57,228 bases of DNA, from positions 1-57,228 of the forward strand of contig JAEOSZ010000052.1 of assembly GCA_016840095.1 (NCBI GenBank), given 5' to 3'. Of the stretch, positions 9,286-19,447 are shown piece by piece. The notes under the pieces were generated by a model that saw only the letters and a list, made by a program, of their open reading frames with translations, was not told the origin of the DNA and searched no databases. A program made the translations under genes and the position numbers. Positions within the stretch are counted from its first letter, which is position 1, and the number at the start of each line of letters is the position of its first letter. The DNA comes from Candidatus Heimdallarchaeota archaeon. Its GTDB lineage: Archaea; Asgardarchaeota; Heimdallarchaeia; Heimdallarchaeales; Heimdallarchaeaceae.

Positions 9286-9693
9286 ATGAAGAAACGAGGA
9301 GTATCTCCGGTAATCGCAACAGTTCTGCTAATCGCACTAGTGACAGCAGCTGCAGCGATAGTATTCTTAGTAGTTATACCAATGCTGCAACCAAATGCAA
9401 CAGCACTAGTAACAAGCGTTGTTGGAACAGCCGATGGCGATGGAAACTACACTGTTGTAATTACAGTTAAAGCAGAGGGTGCTGATCTAGTTTATAATGG
9501 TACGGCAACTGCATCACCAACTGTTACCTATATAGCGTCAACAACTGCGGGTGGATTATCCATTCCAAATGGTGAACAGAAAACCATTACTATTGTAGGT
9601 GCTTTCCAAGTAGGAACAGATTATACAATTACTTTGTACTTTACATCTGGTGACAGTGAAGCAATAGGAACTGCACAGTTTCAACCTTCTTAA
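9286..9693 (+). CDS. Archaeal type IV pilin (class III signal peptide)
   Basis: KKRG/VSPVIATVLLIALVTAAAAIVFLVV prepilin motif followed by a Thr/Gly-rich beta domain. Confidence 0.9.
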   Translation: MKKRGVSPVIATVLLIALVTAAAAIVFLVVIPMLQPNATALVTSVVGTADGDGNYTVVITVKAEGADLVYNGTATASPTVTYIASTTAGGLSIPNGEQKTITIVGAFQVGTDYTITLYFTSGDSEAIGTAQFQPS

Positions 9694-9699
9694 ACTAAA

Positions 9700-9719
9700 T
9701 TCTTTTTTTTATTTTTTTT
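9700..9719 (+). terminator. Oligo-T archaeal terminator after the pilin gene
   Basis: Two T7-8 runs immediately after the stop codon. Confidence 0.55.
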
Positions 9720-9777
9720 CAAATTTCAATAGGTTTATCGTTAAAAAGCATAATTTTATTTAGATATAGCTCTAACA

Positions 9778-10509
9778 ATGTCAGAGATGTTTACTGAATT
9801 AAAAAATCCCAATTCATCTGAAGAGCTAGGGAATCTACTTAAGAAACTTTATGGATCAGAAATCTCAACTGAGATGTTTGTAGAAGCCACTCTTGAGGAT
9901 AAAAACGCTAGAATCAGCTTGATAAAAGCTGAAGAGGAGGATATTGGATATCTCATCTGGCTAAAAGAGAAAGAAATTGAAGAAGCAGATGAAGAGGAAG
10001 GAGGGAAAAAAACAGAGACAAATATCTTTGCAATTGATGAAATTGTTTTACTTCCAAGTGAACAAAACGAGGAAAGAGCTAAGGAAGTAGTTCAAAATCT
10101 AGATGATGAAATTATGAGAAATAACTGCTCTATAGCTGAAGTAACTATTCCAAGTCAATCATTCTGGTTAATACCTGTTCTAGTAAATGTGGGTCTATTC
10201 AATGTTGCAATTTTAAGAGTCAGTAAGGAATTGGAGAAAAAGACTGAATTTGTTGGAATCTTCAATAAAATCCAAGAAGGAATCAAACCTGAGATAATAG
10301 AACTAATGATTTCTAAGGAAGGAACATATCAGTTGGAGTTAATTGAAGAACCTACCGACTACAAAAAAATACTTGAGTCAGGATATTCACCCGAAATAGT
10401 TAGTATGATCTTCAATGTAGAAGAAAATAAAGAAAAGGAACTTCTAGAAGAAGTAAATCAGATAACAGATTGGCAAGAGTATGCATTTTCTTTAGTTAAG
10501 TACTACTAA
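9778..10509 (+). CDS. Acidic hypothetical protein, possible degenerate GNAT fold
   Basis: IGYLIW...AIDEIVLLP...CSIAEVTIP...LVNVGL spacing resembles GNAT; acetyl-CoA glycine motif missing. Confidence 0.5.
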   Translation: MSEMFTELKNPNSSEELGNLLKKLYGSEISTEMFVEATLEDKNARISLIKAEEEDIGYLIWLKEKEIEEADEEEGGKKTETNIFAIDEIVLLPSEQNEERAKEVVQNLDDEIMRNNCSIAEVTIPSQSFWLIPVLVNVGLFNVAILRVSKELEKKTEFVGIFNKIQEGIKPEIIELMISKEGTYQLELIEEPTDYKKILESGYSPEIVSMIFNVEENKEKELLEEVNQITDWQEYAFSLVKYY

Positions 10510-11225
10510 TTATTCATTTCTTTTATTTCTGATGAAACTATCTCTCTGGTATTTTTTGGTAAATCAGTAATAATTCCATCCACTTGCTTCCTAACCAATT
10601 TTCTAATCTGTTTTTCATCATTAATAGTCCATGGATAGACTTTTTTACCCTTTTTATGATAGAAATTTACTGCCTTTTTCTTTAGAAATCTATAAAATGG
10701 GTTCATAGCATCTATGAATTCATTTAATGCTACACTTTTATTTTGATATATTGGAAAAATGTAGAGATAAGCTAATTCGTAACCAAGTGATTTTTCTTTC
10801 AGATTTACTATTGGTTCATGGAGAAATGAACTTATAAGAATTCTTGAATTATCTCCACCAACTTCATTTAAAACTGAATGAAATTGCTCTTTTGTTACGT
10901 CACATTTTAACTCAATGTTAAATTTAATTTTTGAAAGAAACTGCTTTAGAACATCTTCTAGCAAAGGAATAGACTCACCATTAGGTAACTTGAATTTTTG
11001 AATAGTTTCCAAGTTTGTTTCTGAGATAACTAATCTACTTTCTTTGTATGGTATAGAATCATCATGAAAAACTATGAAATATCCATCTTTTGTTAGATGT
11101 GTATCCAATTCAATCATATCTGCCTTTTGTTTAACAGCCAAATCAAAAGCTTTCATGGAGTTAGCATGTTCTTCTGCTGAAGCTCCTCTATGAGCTATTA
11201 TTAAAGGAAATTTAGATTCTGACAT
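10506..11225 (-). CDS. Glycerophosphodiester phosphodiesterase
   Basis: IIAHRGAS, ELDTHLTKD...HD, NIELK, WTIND, DGIITD. Confidence 0.93.
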   Translation of the reverse strand: MSESKFPLIIAHRGASAEEHANSMKAFDLAVKQKADMIELDTHLTKDGYFIVFHDDSIPYKESRLVISETNLETIQKFKLPNGESIPLLEDVLKQFLSKIKFNIELKCDVTKEQFHSVLNEVGGDNSRILISSFLHEPIVNLKEKSLGYELAYLYIFPIYQNKSVALNEFIDAMNPFYRFLKKKAVNFYHKKGKKVYPWTINDEKQIRKLVRKQVDGIITDLPKNTREIVSSEIKEMNN

Positions 11226-11316
11226 ATTTGATTTTTATTTTTGATATAGATTAATCTTGCGTTTTGAAAAAAACTCTACTCGACATGTTTTTAAAATCGA
11301 AAAAAGGGTTGAAAAC

Positions 11317-12570
11317 ATGGAGTATAAAATTAAGGACATTGATCTAGCTGAACAAGGTCGAAGAAATATCGATTGGGCTGAAAGTAGGATGCCTGTTCTT
11401 ATGGAATTGAGAAAAAAATTCTCAGAAACAAAACCACTAAATGGAATGAGAATTGCAGGATGTCTTCATGTAACAAAAGAGACAGCTGTATTAGTTGAAA
11501 CATTGACTGCAGCAGGAGCAGAAGTATCTTGGAGTGGGTGTAATCCTCTCTCCACAAAAGACGATATTGCAGCAGCTCTAGCGTCTAACGGAATTCCAAT
11601 TTTCGCTTGGTATGGAATGTCTACTGAAGAATTTTACTGGGCAATTGATAAGGTCTTGGAATTTGAGCCAACATTAACTCTAGATGATGGTGCAGACTTG
11701 ATATTTCGAGTTCATTCAGAGTTTCCAGATTTAGCAGAGAAAATCATAGGGGGAACTGAAGAGACAACCACTGGTGTTCATAGGTTGAGAGCTATGGATA
11801 GAGCTGACAAACTCATCTATCCAATTATTGCTGTTAATGATGCTGAAACCAAAAGTGATTTTGACAATGTGTATGGAACTGGACAATCTACACTTGATGG
11901 AATCTTACGAGCAACAAATATCATATTTGCAGGTAAAATTGTAGTCATCGCAGGATATGGGCATTGTGGAAAAGGTTTAGCAAAAAATGCTTCAGGCTTA
12001 GGAGCAGATGTAATAATCACCGAAGTTGATCCTATTCAAGCTCTTAAAGCTGCAATGGATGGTTTCAGAGTCATGAAAATGGATGATGCTGCAGGTTTGG
12101 GAGATTTGTTCATCACTGCAACTGGAATGAAAGATGTCATTGTAAAGAAACATTTCCAAAACATGAAAGATGGAGCTATAGTATGCAACACTGGTCACTA
12201 TGATGCTGAAATCAATATTCAAAGCTTAGAAGACATAAGTAAATCAAAAAGAGAATTACGAGCTAACAATGAAGAATATCTTATGGCAGATGGAAAGAGA
12301 ATATATCTTCTTGCAAAAGGGAGATTAGTTAATTTATCTGCTGCAGAAGGACATCCTTCTGAAGTAATGGACATGTCATTTGCTAACCAATTGTTAAGCC
12401 TAATTCACTTAGCAGAAAAAGGAAAAGATTTAGAAAACAAAGTATATGATATTCCTGATGAACAAGACAGAAATATCGCTAGTCTAAAACTAACACTTAT
12501 GGGGTATAAAATTGACGAATTAACCCCAGAACAAATAGCATACAAAGATGCTTATTTCGAAGGTACATAA
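11317..12570 (+). CDS. ahcY: S-adenosyl-L-homocysteine hydrolase
   Basis: GCLHVTKET, SGCNPLST, DDGAD, EETTTG, GYGHCGKG, GHPSEVMD; ATG at 11317. Confidence 0.97.
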   Translation: MEYKIKDIDLAEQGRRNIDWAESRMPVLMELRKKFSETKPLNGMRIAGCLHVTKETAVLVETLTAAGAEVSWSGCNPLSTKDDIAAALASNGIPIFAWYGMSTEEFYWAIDKVLEFEPTLTLDDGADLIFRVHSEFPDLAEKIIGGTEETTTGVHRLRAMDRADKLIYPIIAVNDAETKSDFDNVYGTGQSTLDGILRATNIIFAGKIVVIAGYGHCGKGLAKNASGLGADVIITEVDPIQALKAAMDGFRVMKMDDAAGLGDLFITATGMKDVIVKKHFQNMKDGAIVCNTGHYDAEINIQSLEDISKSKRELRANNEEYLMADGKRIYLLAKGRLVNLSAAEGHPSEVMDMSFANQLLSLIHLAEKGKDLENKVYDIPDEQDRNIASLKLTLMGYKIDELTPEQIAYKDAYFEGT

Positions 12571-12668
12571 CTTCTTTTTTTCCCTTTTTTTCTTCTTTCC
12601 AAAAACAGCCGTAATATTTTTAGGAGAGAGTTTACTATTATGAGATATAAGAAATGAGGTAATCCACT

Positions 12669-13991
12669 TTGATTAAACATCTACTTATTCTAACAACTTA
12701 TGGACAAATTTTCTATAGTCAAGAATTTGAAAAACAAGAAGATGCTGTTGATGTTGCTTTGACAGGAGGGCTAATGAGCGCAATTTATTCGATGGCATCC
12801 GAAACACAAAGAGAGAAAATATCTGAATTTGAGTTGGTTACTTCAAGAATCATTTTTCAAGAAAAAGAAGATGATTTGCTTTTCGTGTTAGCAGTAGATA
12901 AAAGGATGGATATCAAAGATACTGAAGATTTACTTGACATGATAGCTAAAAGATTCTATGAGAAGTATGGAGAACGTCGAATAGATGGTATTGTTTTAGA
13001 TGAATTTGTTGATGATGCAACAGAAATCATCTATCAGAAACTCTGGTATCTAGATACACAAAAGAGGAAATTCAGAATATGGGATTACTTAGCTACCTTA
13101 TTCGTAGCTCTAGTTTTGAGCTGGTATTCTCTACTGATTTTTGGATCTCCCCCATTTATGGGTATGGCAGATTTTGACATAAGAACTTTTATCTGGGATG
13201 GATTACTTGGCTCTATTTCAAGTCCTGTAGCGATGTTTTTGAATATTCTGTATATGATAGCTGTTGTAGCTATTCCAGCTATAGCTGTATACTTGCTTTT
13301 CAAATTCACATACGTGAGAGATACTTTCAGATTTGCAAAGGATTACCTGATGAGACCAACAAGAGCAAGCTATTCTGAATTGCTCCCAAATTATTTTCTA
13401 ATCAATATTCTAACTTCATTCATTGTGTATGTTAGTTTTATGTTATTTGCAGGGGGATTCTTTTCAGAATTAACGGTTTATCCTCTTATTCCGGGAGCAC
13501 TACTCAGCGGTTTAGATGAGGATTTCAATTTCACAAATTTTAGTACAAGTGATATTGGAGATCAAATGTTTTTAGGAATTCTTGCTTGGTTCACATGGGT
13601 TTTTGTATTTCCATTTATTTACTCTCTACTTCTTGGGGAAAAGAAATGGGGAAAAATTTATCGCAATGCTGTCTTTATTTCATCCATTGCAATTTTTGTT
13701 TTAATTATTTGTTACATCTTTGGAGGTTCCAAGTATTTAGAAGCTATTGGATACAATCCTGGAAGCCCTGAATTTGGTATACAACAACTTCAAATAAAAT
13801 ATCAGCTGATTGCCAGTATTCCTCTAAATATATTCTTTTATGGATTTTTGTTGTTCTTGGGAATAGGTGTAAATAGGGTCACCCCCTCAAAAACTAGGAT
13901 ACCATCAATATTTGCAGTAGGTGTAGCAATTTATCTTACATTAATCATACAAAGATTAGTTTTCTTCACACTCTATCCGCCTGTTATATAG
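12669..13991 (+). CDS. Longin-like domain fused to a ~7-TM membrane domain
   Basis: N-terminal LLIL..GQIFY...LTGGLMSAIYSMASE...LLFVL...F.EKY pattern of Asgard longins; seven hydrophobic helices follow. Confidence 0.7.
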   Translation: MIKHLLILTTYGQIFYSQEFEKQEDAVDVALTGGLMSAIYSMASETQREKISEFELVTSRIIFQEKEDDLLFVLAVDKRMDIKDTEDLLDMIAKRFYEKYGERRIDGIVLDEFVDDATEIIYQKLWYLDTQKRKFRIWDYLATLFVALVLSWYSLLIFGSPPFMGMADFDIRTFIWDGLLGSISSPVAMFLNILYMIAVVAIPAIAVYLLFKFTYVRDTFRFAKDYLMRPTRASYSELLPNYFLINILTSFIVYVSFMLFAGGFFSELTVYPLIPGALLSGLDEDFNFTNFSTSDIGDQMFLGILAWFTWVFVFPFIYSLLLGEKKWGKIYRNAVFISSIAIFVLIICYIFGGSKYLEAIGYNPGSPEFGIQQLQIKYQLIASIPLNIFFYGFLLFLGIGVNRVTPSKTRIPSIFAVGVAIYLTLIIQRLVFFTLYPPVI

Positions 13992-14075
13992 AAGTAGTGA
14001 AAATTTTTTTCTTTTCTTCTTTTGTTAGAAAATTTTATATCACTTTAAATTCATGTCTTCAAAGTGAGATAGTAA

Positions 14076-15251
14076 ATGCTAAAGTTCAGTGTTCGATTTT
14101 TCTTTCATAATAGAAAAAGAACTTATCAAGCAATTATGACATTAACTTTAGCACTTGTGATTTACATCTCTACAACACTTTTAGTTAGAGGGTATTCGTC
14201 AAACATAAGTGGTATGGCAGAAATCATCAAACCTTCTGAACTTCTTCTTGTAATAGAAGAAGGAAAGAGTTTATCTGAGAGTAGAATAGATTCAGAAGTA
14301 TTAGATTTCTTAGAGGAATATTCCAGTACAACACCAAACTTAGAAGTAATTCTACCTGAAATCTATATACCTATCAATGTAACAGGTGAAACTGGGACGA
14401 GTATAACAACACATCTGAGGTTGCTAAATGTAAGTGAGTTTGAGAGATTTCAATCTCATCATTATGAATTTTATCCTTCAGAATTGCTAGCTGACGAAGT
14501 GATTATAGGACAACAACTTGCTTATTTGACAGCAGCTGGAATAGGTTCTTCTATTCAAATAGAATTTAGCGATTATCAAGTTAATGAGACTTTAGTACTA
14601 ACACATAATGAAAGTTATTCAGTTAGTAACATAATAAGATCAGGCCACGAATATGATATTGAAATAATAGGCTCGATTTCCAGTTTTGATCTGAATATAT
14701 CTATGAATTATTTTTCCTTTATCGAATTAAGAGTTCTAGATATCAGAGAAATTGAAACGATTAGAAAGGATATTCTAGATTCTTTCAGTAATTTAGCGGT
14801 AATTAATGAGAAACAAACACAAAACTTCATCATTTTTGCAACAAATGATGTTATACGAACTCTCACTCTTCTTGAGATTCTGTTTTTTGTTTTGATGCTT
14901 GTTTCTATTTCTTATAGCATTTACACATTAGTTAAAGAGAGTGAAGAAGAGATATTCACTTTGAGATCAATTGGAGCTACCAAAAGACAAATAGTTACAC
15001 TATTTATGCTTCAATCTCTATATATAGGATTAATCTCAGCATTGCTTTCTCTTGTAATTGGTTATCTAGCTGTTACCGGAATTGTCGGCTTAGTGACAGC
15101 AACAATGGACCTCCCATACATAGCCATGAGTATTGATACAGTTCTAGTAGGAACAATATTTCTCTTCTCTCTATCGTTATCCATTCTATCAGGAATTTTA
15201 CCATCATTGGAAGCTTCAAAAATTAAAGTTGTTAGGGAGGATGTTAAATGA
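14076..15251 (+). CDS. FtsX/MacB-like ABC permease
   Basis: One N-terminal TM, extracellular domain, EIFTLRSIGA motif, three C-terminal TMs. Confidence 0.85.
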   Translation: MLKFSVRFFFHNRKRTYQAIMTLTLALVIYISTTLLVRGYSSNISGMAEIIKPSELLLVIEEGKSLSESRIDSEVLDFLEEYSSTTPNLEVILPEIYIPINVTGETGTSITTHLRLLNVSEFERFQSHHYEFYPSELLADEVIIGQQLAYLTAAGIGSSIQIEFSDYQVNETLVLTHNESYSVSNIIRSGHEYDIEIIGSISSFDLNISMNYFSFIELRVLDIREIETIRKDILDSFSNLAVINEKQTQNFIIFATNDVIRTLTLLEILFFVLMLVSISYSIYTLVKESEEEIFTLRSIGATKRQIVTLFMLQSLYIGLISALLSLVIGYLAVTGIVGLVTATMDLPYIAMSIDTVLVGTIFLFSLSLSILSGILPSLEASKIKVVREDVK

Positions 15252-18200
15252 ATCTTAGAAGAATATTCCTCTATAATGTTTTACCAAAGAAAAGAATACT
15301 TTTAGCTTTCATTGGTTTTCTAATAAGCTCTACTATAATATCAGGTGCTGGAATTCTGATGTCCAGCATCGTTAATAGTACAGCATCTTATTTGGGAGAA
15401 AGTGAAAGCATTTTAGTAATCTCTAATCCAGAAGCTTCAACTCCATATACAAGCATTATACCTTTAGAATTAACAGATACCATTAATTCAATTGATGGTG
15501 TTCTAGAAGTAAGTCCTGAGGTGATGACTGCAGCTGTTTACAAAGATAAAGCAGTTTATTTCAGAGGGGTAGATGCATCATCTTTCTGGTATTTTACGGA
15601 GCTTACTTATCAAGAAGGTCAACTTCTAACGGTAAATGATACATTTGAAGTTAGCGTAGGTATAAATTTTGCTCAACGAAATAATCTCGAAGTTGGGGAT
15701 TATATAACACTCTTTTCAACAAGGTCAGAAGCTGCAATAGAGTTAAAAATCAAATCAATCTTCAGCTCAAATACGTTACTAGATGATGAAATAATTGCTT
15801 CTTTATGGATTGGTCAGTTCTTTGCATTTGAGGATTTTAACTACATTACACATATTAGAGTAGAAATAGATTTAGATGTTATTGCAGACAAGGAGATGTT
15901 AAGGGAAGTTGTACTTAGTGAGTATGAGTTAACAGCAAGAATAACAACACCTGGAGACTTACAAGAACTTAATGCATCAGTTTATGTTTACAATAAGAGA
16001 GGAGATCTGGTTAACGAAACGATCATCCTAAATGACATTCAAGTCTCTTTTATTCTTCCCTTTGGAGAATATGAACTCCAGTGTCAAATTAAAGATGTTA
16101 TATCAAACTCAACTAAACTTTTACTTGATAAGGATATGGAAGCAGAAATTTCCATTTCATATATAGAAAGAAGTGCTTATTTCAGAATAATAACTGATGA
16201 AGATGAGCCAATTCAAGGAGCTGATGTTGCTCTCTATAGACAAGGAAGTACTGGATTTACAGATGAATCGTTTAGTGATGTTACTAATAGTACTGGTGAG
16301 GTTAGCTTATCAATTAGTGATGGCAGTTATGTTGGAATAATATCATATGGAATCTATAGAAAGGAGATAACTTTCAGTACTTCAGAAGTGAATAATTTCG
16401 AGATAATTCTAATAACTAGACATCCAGAAATTATTGCTATTAATCCTACGAACAATTCTGTAGTTATTGGAAAAAATATTGATATCAAACTATTTTCTTC
16501 TCCAGGGTACTCTATTTATTTCTACTGGGATGATAATGTATCAACAATTGAAGAATTCTATTTAGCCTCTCCAGGAGAAGAGGCACCAAATTATATAACT
16601 ATCCCATTTGAACAAGGTTCCCATTCCTTAACTATCGAAACATACAATCTAGACTACATAATAAGTGGATATAATAAAAGCCTAAATTATGCAACAAGTA
16701 AAGTCTTCTTTACAGTTATAGAAGCCATCCCAGAAGAGTATTACTTTATCAATACTATGAATGGTTCTCATCTAAATCCTGCTTCAGTAGTGATTTTAAA
16801 TTCAACTCAAAGCTTTGGTGGAGATTTCTTCTACAGTTGGGGAAATAATCAATGGTTTGAAGTTTCGTCTGATGTTATTTCTGTACCTATAGAAATTGGA
16901 ATATACTCCTTGAAACTCAGAGCAGAGATTGGTTATACATCCAAATTATGGGATTTTGTATTTGTAATTACAGATAATCCAGAGACAATTGGAATCTTAG
17001 GATTGAATGAGCATATGAGACTTGGAAGTAGTTCAGAAATTCAAACTTGGTTTAATCCTCAATATGAAGCATATTACCATTGGAATACTAATTCAGACAC
17101 TTCTCTGAATCAAAGTGGGATTATCAAACCTAATGGACTAGATGAAGGAAATAACACTTTATATCTATCATTCTTCAACTCAGTTAGCTGGACAAATCGA
17201 TCATACAATTATGTCTTCGATAAATCACCACCATCTATTTCACTCTCAAGTACCAATGGTAGTGAAATAAATTTTGAATCAATTCTTGCTGTATCTACAA
17301 ATGAGACACTCTCTTCTCTTGAATTTTCCTGGGATGGTCTTTCATATTCTAAATCATATGAGCAAAACATTAGAACTCCCCAAACCAATGGAAATCACAC
17401 TTTAGCAATAAGAGCTATTGATCTTGCTGGAAACTCGATTGTTTCAGTTTATGAATATATAGTTGTTAATTTCACTGGCTCAATCCCAATAGATTTCTAC
17501 TTGAAAAACGAGTATTCAGGAATTATAAATCAAGGATATGTAGATATTGAAGCATTTTATGAATACTCACCAATTCTGTTAGAATATCAAATTAGTGGAG
17601 TTATATCCAAAGCAAGTAGAATAATGGGTTCCACTAGAGTATACCTCTACCCAGGATATTATAGCATGAAAATAATCTATTGGAGTACTCTATTTGATAA
17701 ACGAGAACAAACATGGAATTTTAATATTCAAGAAGGGTTGAATTCATCGTTGTTCAAAAGTGAATATCTAAATGAAACATATACAGGAGAAACTTATATT
17801 GAAGTTCCATTTTATGATGTAAATTTCACAATTGATGATGCAGATACAGTACAACTATGTGATGGATACTATTCACTAAAATACCAACTAAAAGATATTT
17901 CCAGTATTTTTTATGTTCAGAAATTCACTGTTGATACAGAATTACCTTACGTCAATGTATTATCACCACACAAAGCTGAAGAAGGATTGGATGCTAATTT
18001 AATATTAGAAAGTGATGCGGTTCAGATATTTTTCAAAATTGATAATGAACCAGTCTATGAATATGACCGCGTATATAGTCTTCAGTTCACATCTGGAGGA
18101 GAGCACACAATTAGTTTCTTTCTAACTGATTCGTTCAACAATACAAGAACTGTGTTATATGTATTCAATATGGATCATGAAAAAAAGGATATCAATATAA

Positions 18201-19441
18201 CAATAGAAAGAAAAATTAGTGATGTTCTATATCCTATATCCAATCTATCTGTTACAATTTATGACTCATTTAATTCTCCAGCTAAGTATCTTACTACTGA
18301 CAATAATGGAAGTGTCTTTGCTAGTGTATTTGAAGGAGAGATTTATGTTGTTTTTAGTTACTCTGATACGCTATATAACTTCACAATGGATACTAGTTTA
18401 AGCAGTAATCAAAGCATAGTGATAGGCAGTAGTTTTACTAAATTTGTATTAAGAGATTTTTTTGCAAATTCTTCTATTGTTGATCAATATTGCACTATCA
18501 GAGACTTATCAGGACGAAGATTTACTTCTTTAATATCCAATTCACAAGGGGAGATTGTCTCATATTCTCTACCTTCAGGTGATTATATCTGCTATTTCAC
18601 AAGAAGAGGAGAAGCTACTATTGCTATCCCCTTCGAAATATATGGAATAGATAATATTGTCTTATTCGAGATGCCATCCAAAAGACAACTGGTTACTTTC
18701 AAGTTCAGATTTGATAATAGTTCGAAAATTTACAATCTTCCTGTAATAATCAATACTGATTATGGTAGCTCTATTTTGGCTTCTACTTCTTTAGACTCAA
18801 AAATTCAAGTATATTTATCCTTTGGATATGTGACCCTCACAATCTTTCTTAGTGATGGAAGTACTCTGGAATTACATAGAATTTTTGAGCCTGGAAGAGA
18901 GATAATTTCGATTATTCTCCCAAGTGATTCAGATGACCAATGGTCAAAAATTCCATTCAAACCAGTTGCTGGATTTTCTTTTATAATAGCTTTCTCAACT
19001 GAATATCTAGATTATTATCTTCGAGGATCCTTGTTATTCACATATACACTTGCATATGCAGAGATTGCTCTTATTCTCGTAGTGGTAATTGTTAATATGT
19101 ATTCAATTCTTCATAATATGTATAAGGAAAGCAGAAGGGAGACAACTATCATCAAAATGATTGGAGGAACTAATTTACACACTCTCATTTCGACTTTTTC
19201 ACGGCTGGGTTTAGTAGCTTTAATCGCATCAATAATTGGCTATGGGTTTGGTACACTGATCTTAAAAATCCTCTCAGGTTTAAACCAGACCATCTTCTTT
19301 GGACACTCATTCATACCAAAAGGAAGCTGGAATATCTTTCTACTAAATGTTGCATTGATTCTTTTTGTTGCAATAATAGCAGCTATTCTGATTGCTAGAA
19401 AAGCAGGAAAAGATAGAACCACAGTATCAGTAAGAAGATAA
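15248..19441 (+). CDS. Giant FtsX/MacB-like permease with ~1000-aa extracellular Ig-like insert
   Basis: N-terminal TM plus MacB-PCD-like region (FRGVD, VGINFAQRNNLEVGD); beta-sandwich repeats (DKSPP...AIDLAGN; DTELP...TDSFNN); C-terminal ETTIIKMIGG and 3 TMs; overlaps upstream gene by 4 nt. Confidence 0.8.
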   Translation: MNLRRIFLYNVLPKKRILLAFIGFLISSTIISGAGILMSSIVNSTASYLGESESILVISNPEASTPYTSIIPLELTDTINSIDGVLEVSPEVMTAAVYKDKAVYFRGVDASSFWYFTELTYQEGQLLTVNDTFEVSVGINFAQRNNLEVGDYITLFSTRSEAAIELKIKSIFSSNTLLDDEIIASLWIGQFFAFEDFNYITHIRVEIDLDVIADKEMLREVVLSEYELTARITTPGDLQELNASVYVYNKRGDLVNETIILNDIQVSFILPFGEYELQCQIKDVISNSTKLLLDKDMEAEISISYIERSAYFRIITDEDEPIQGADVALYRQGSTGFTDESFSDVTNSTGEVSLSISDGSYVGIISYGIYRKEITFSTSEVNNFEIILITRHPEIIAINPTNNSVVIGKNIDIKLFSSPGYSIYFYWDDNVSTIEEFYLASPGEEAPNYITIPFEQGSHSLTIETYNLDYIISGYNKSLNYATSKVFFTVIEAIPEEYYFINTMNGSHLNPASVVILNSTQSFGGDFFYSWGNNQWFEVSSDVISVPIEIGIYSLKLRAEIGYTSKLWDFVFVITDNPETIGILGLNEHMRLGSSSEIQTWFNPQYEAYYHWNTNSDTSLNQSGIIKPNGLDEGNNTLYLSFFNSVSWTNRSYNYVFDKSPPSISLSSTNGSEINFESILAVSTNETLSSLEFSWDGLSYSKSYEQNIRTPQTNGNHTLAIRAIDLAGNSIVSVYEYIVVNFTGSIPIDFYLKNEYSGIINQGYVDIEAFYEYSPILLEYQISGVISKASRIMGSTRVYLYPGYYSMKIIYWSTLFDKREQTWNFNIQEGLNSSLFKSEYLNETYTGETYIEVPFYDVNFTIDDADTVQLCDGYYSLKYQLKDISSIFYVQKFTVDTELPYVNVLSPHKAEEGLDANLILESDAVQIFFKIDNEPVYEYDRVYSLQFTSGGEHTISFFLTDSFNNTRTVLYVFNMDHEKKDINITIERKISDVLYPISNLSVTIYDSFNSPAKYLTTDNNGSVFASVFEGEIYVVFSYSDTLYNFTMDTSLSSNQSIVIGSSFTKFVLRDFFANSSIVDQYCTIRDLSGRRFTSLISNSQGEIVSYSLPSGDYICYFTRRGEATIAIPFEIYGIDNIVLFEMPSKRQLVTFKFRFDNSSKIYNLPVIINTDYGSSILASTSLDSKIQVYLSFGYVTLTIFLSDGSTLELHRIFEPGREIISIILPSDSDDQWSKIPFKPVAGFSFIIAFSTEYLDYYLRGSLLFTYTLAYAEIALILVVVIVNMYSILHNMYKESRRETTIIKMIGGTNLHTLISTFSRLGLVALIASIIGYGFGTLILKILSGLNQTIFFGHSFIPKGSWNIFLLNVALILFVAIIAAILIARKAGKDRTTVSVRR

Positions 19442-19447
19442 CTATAT

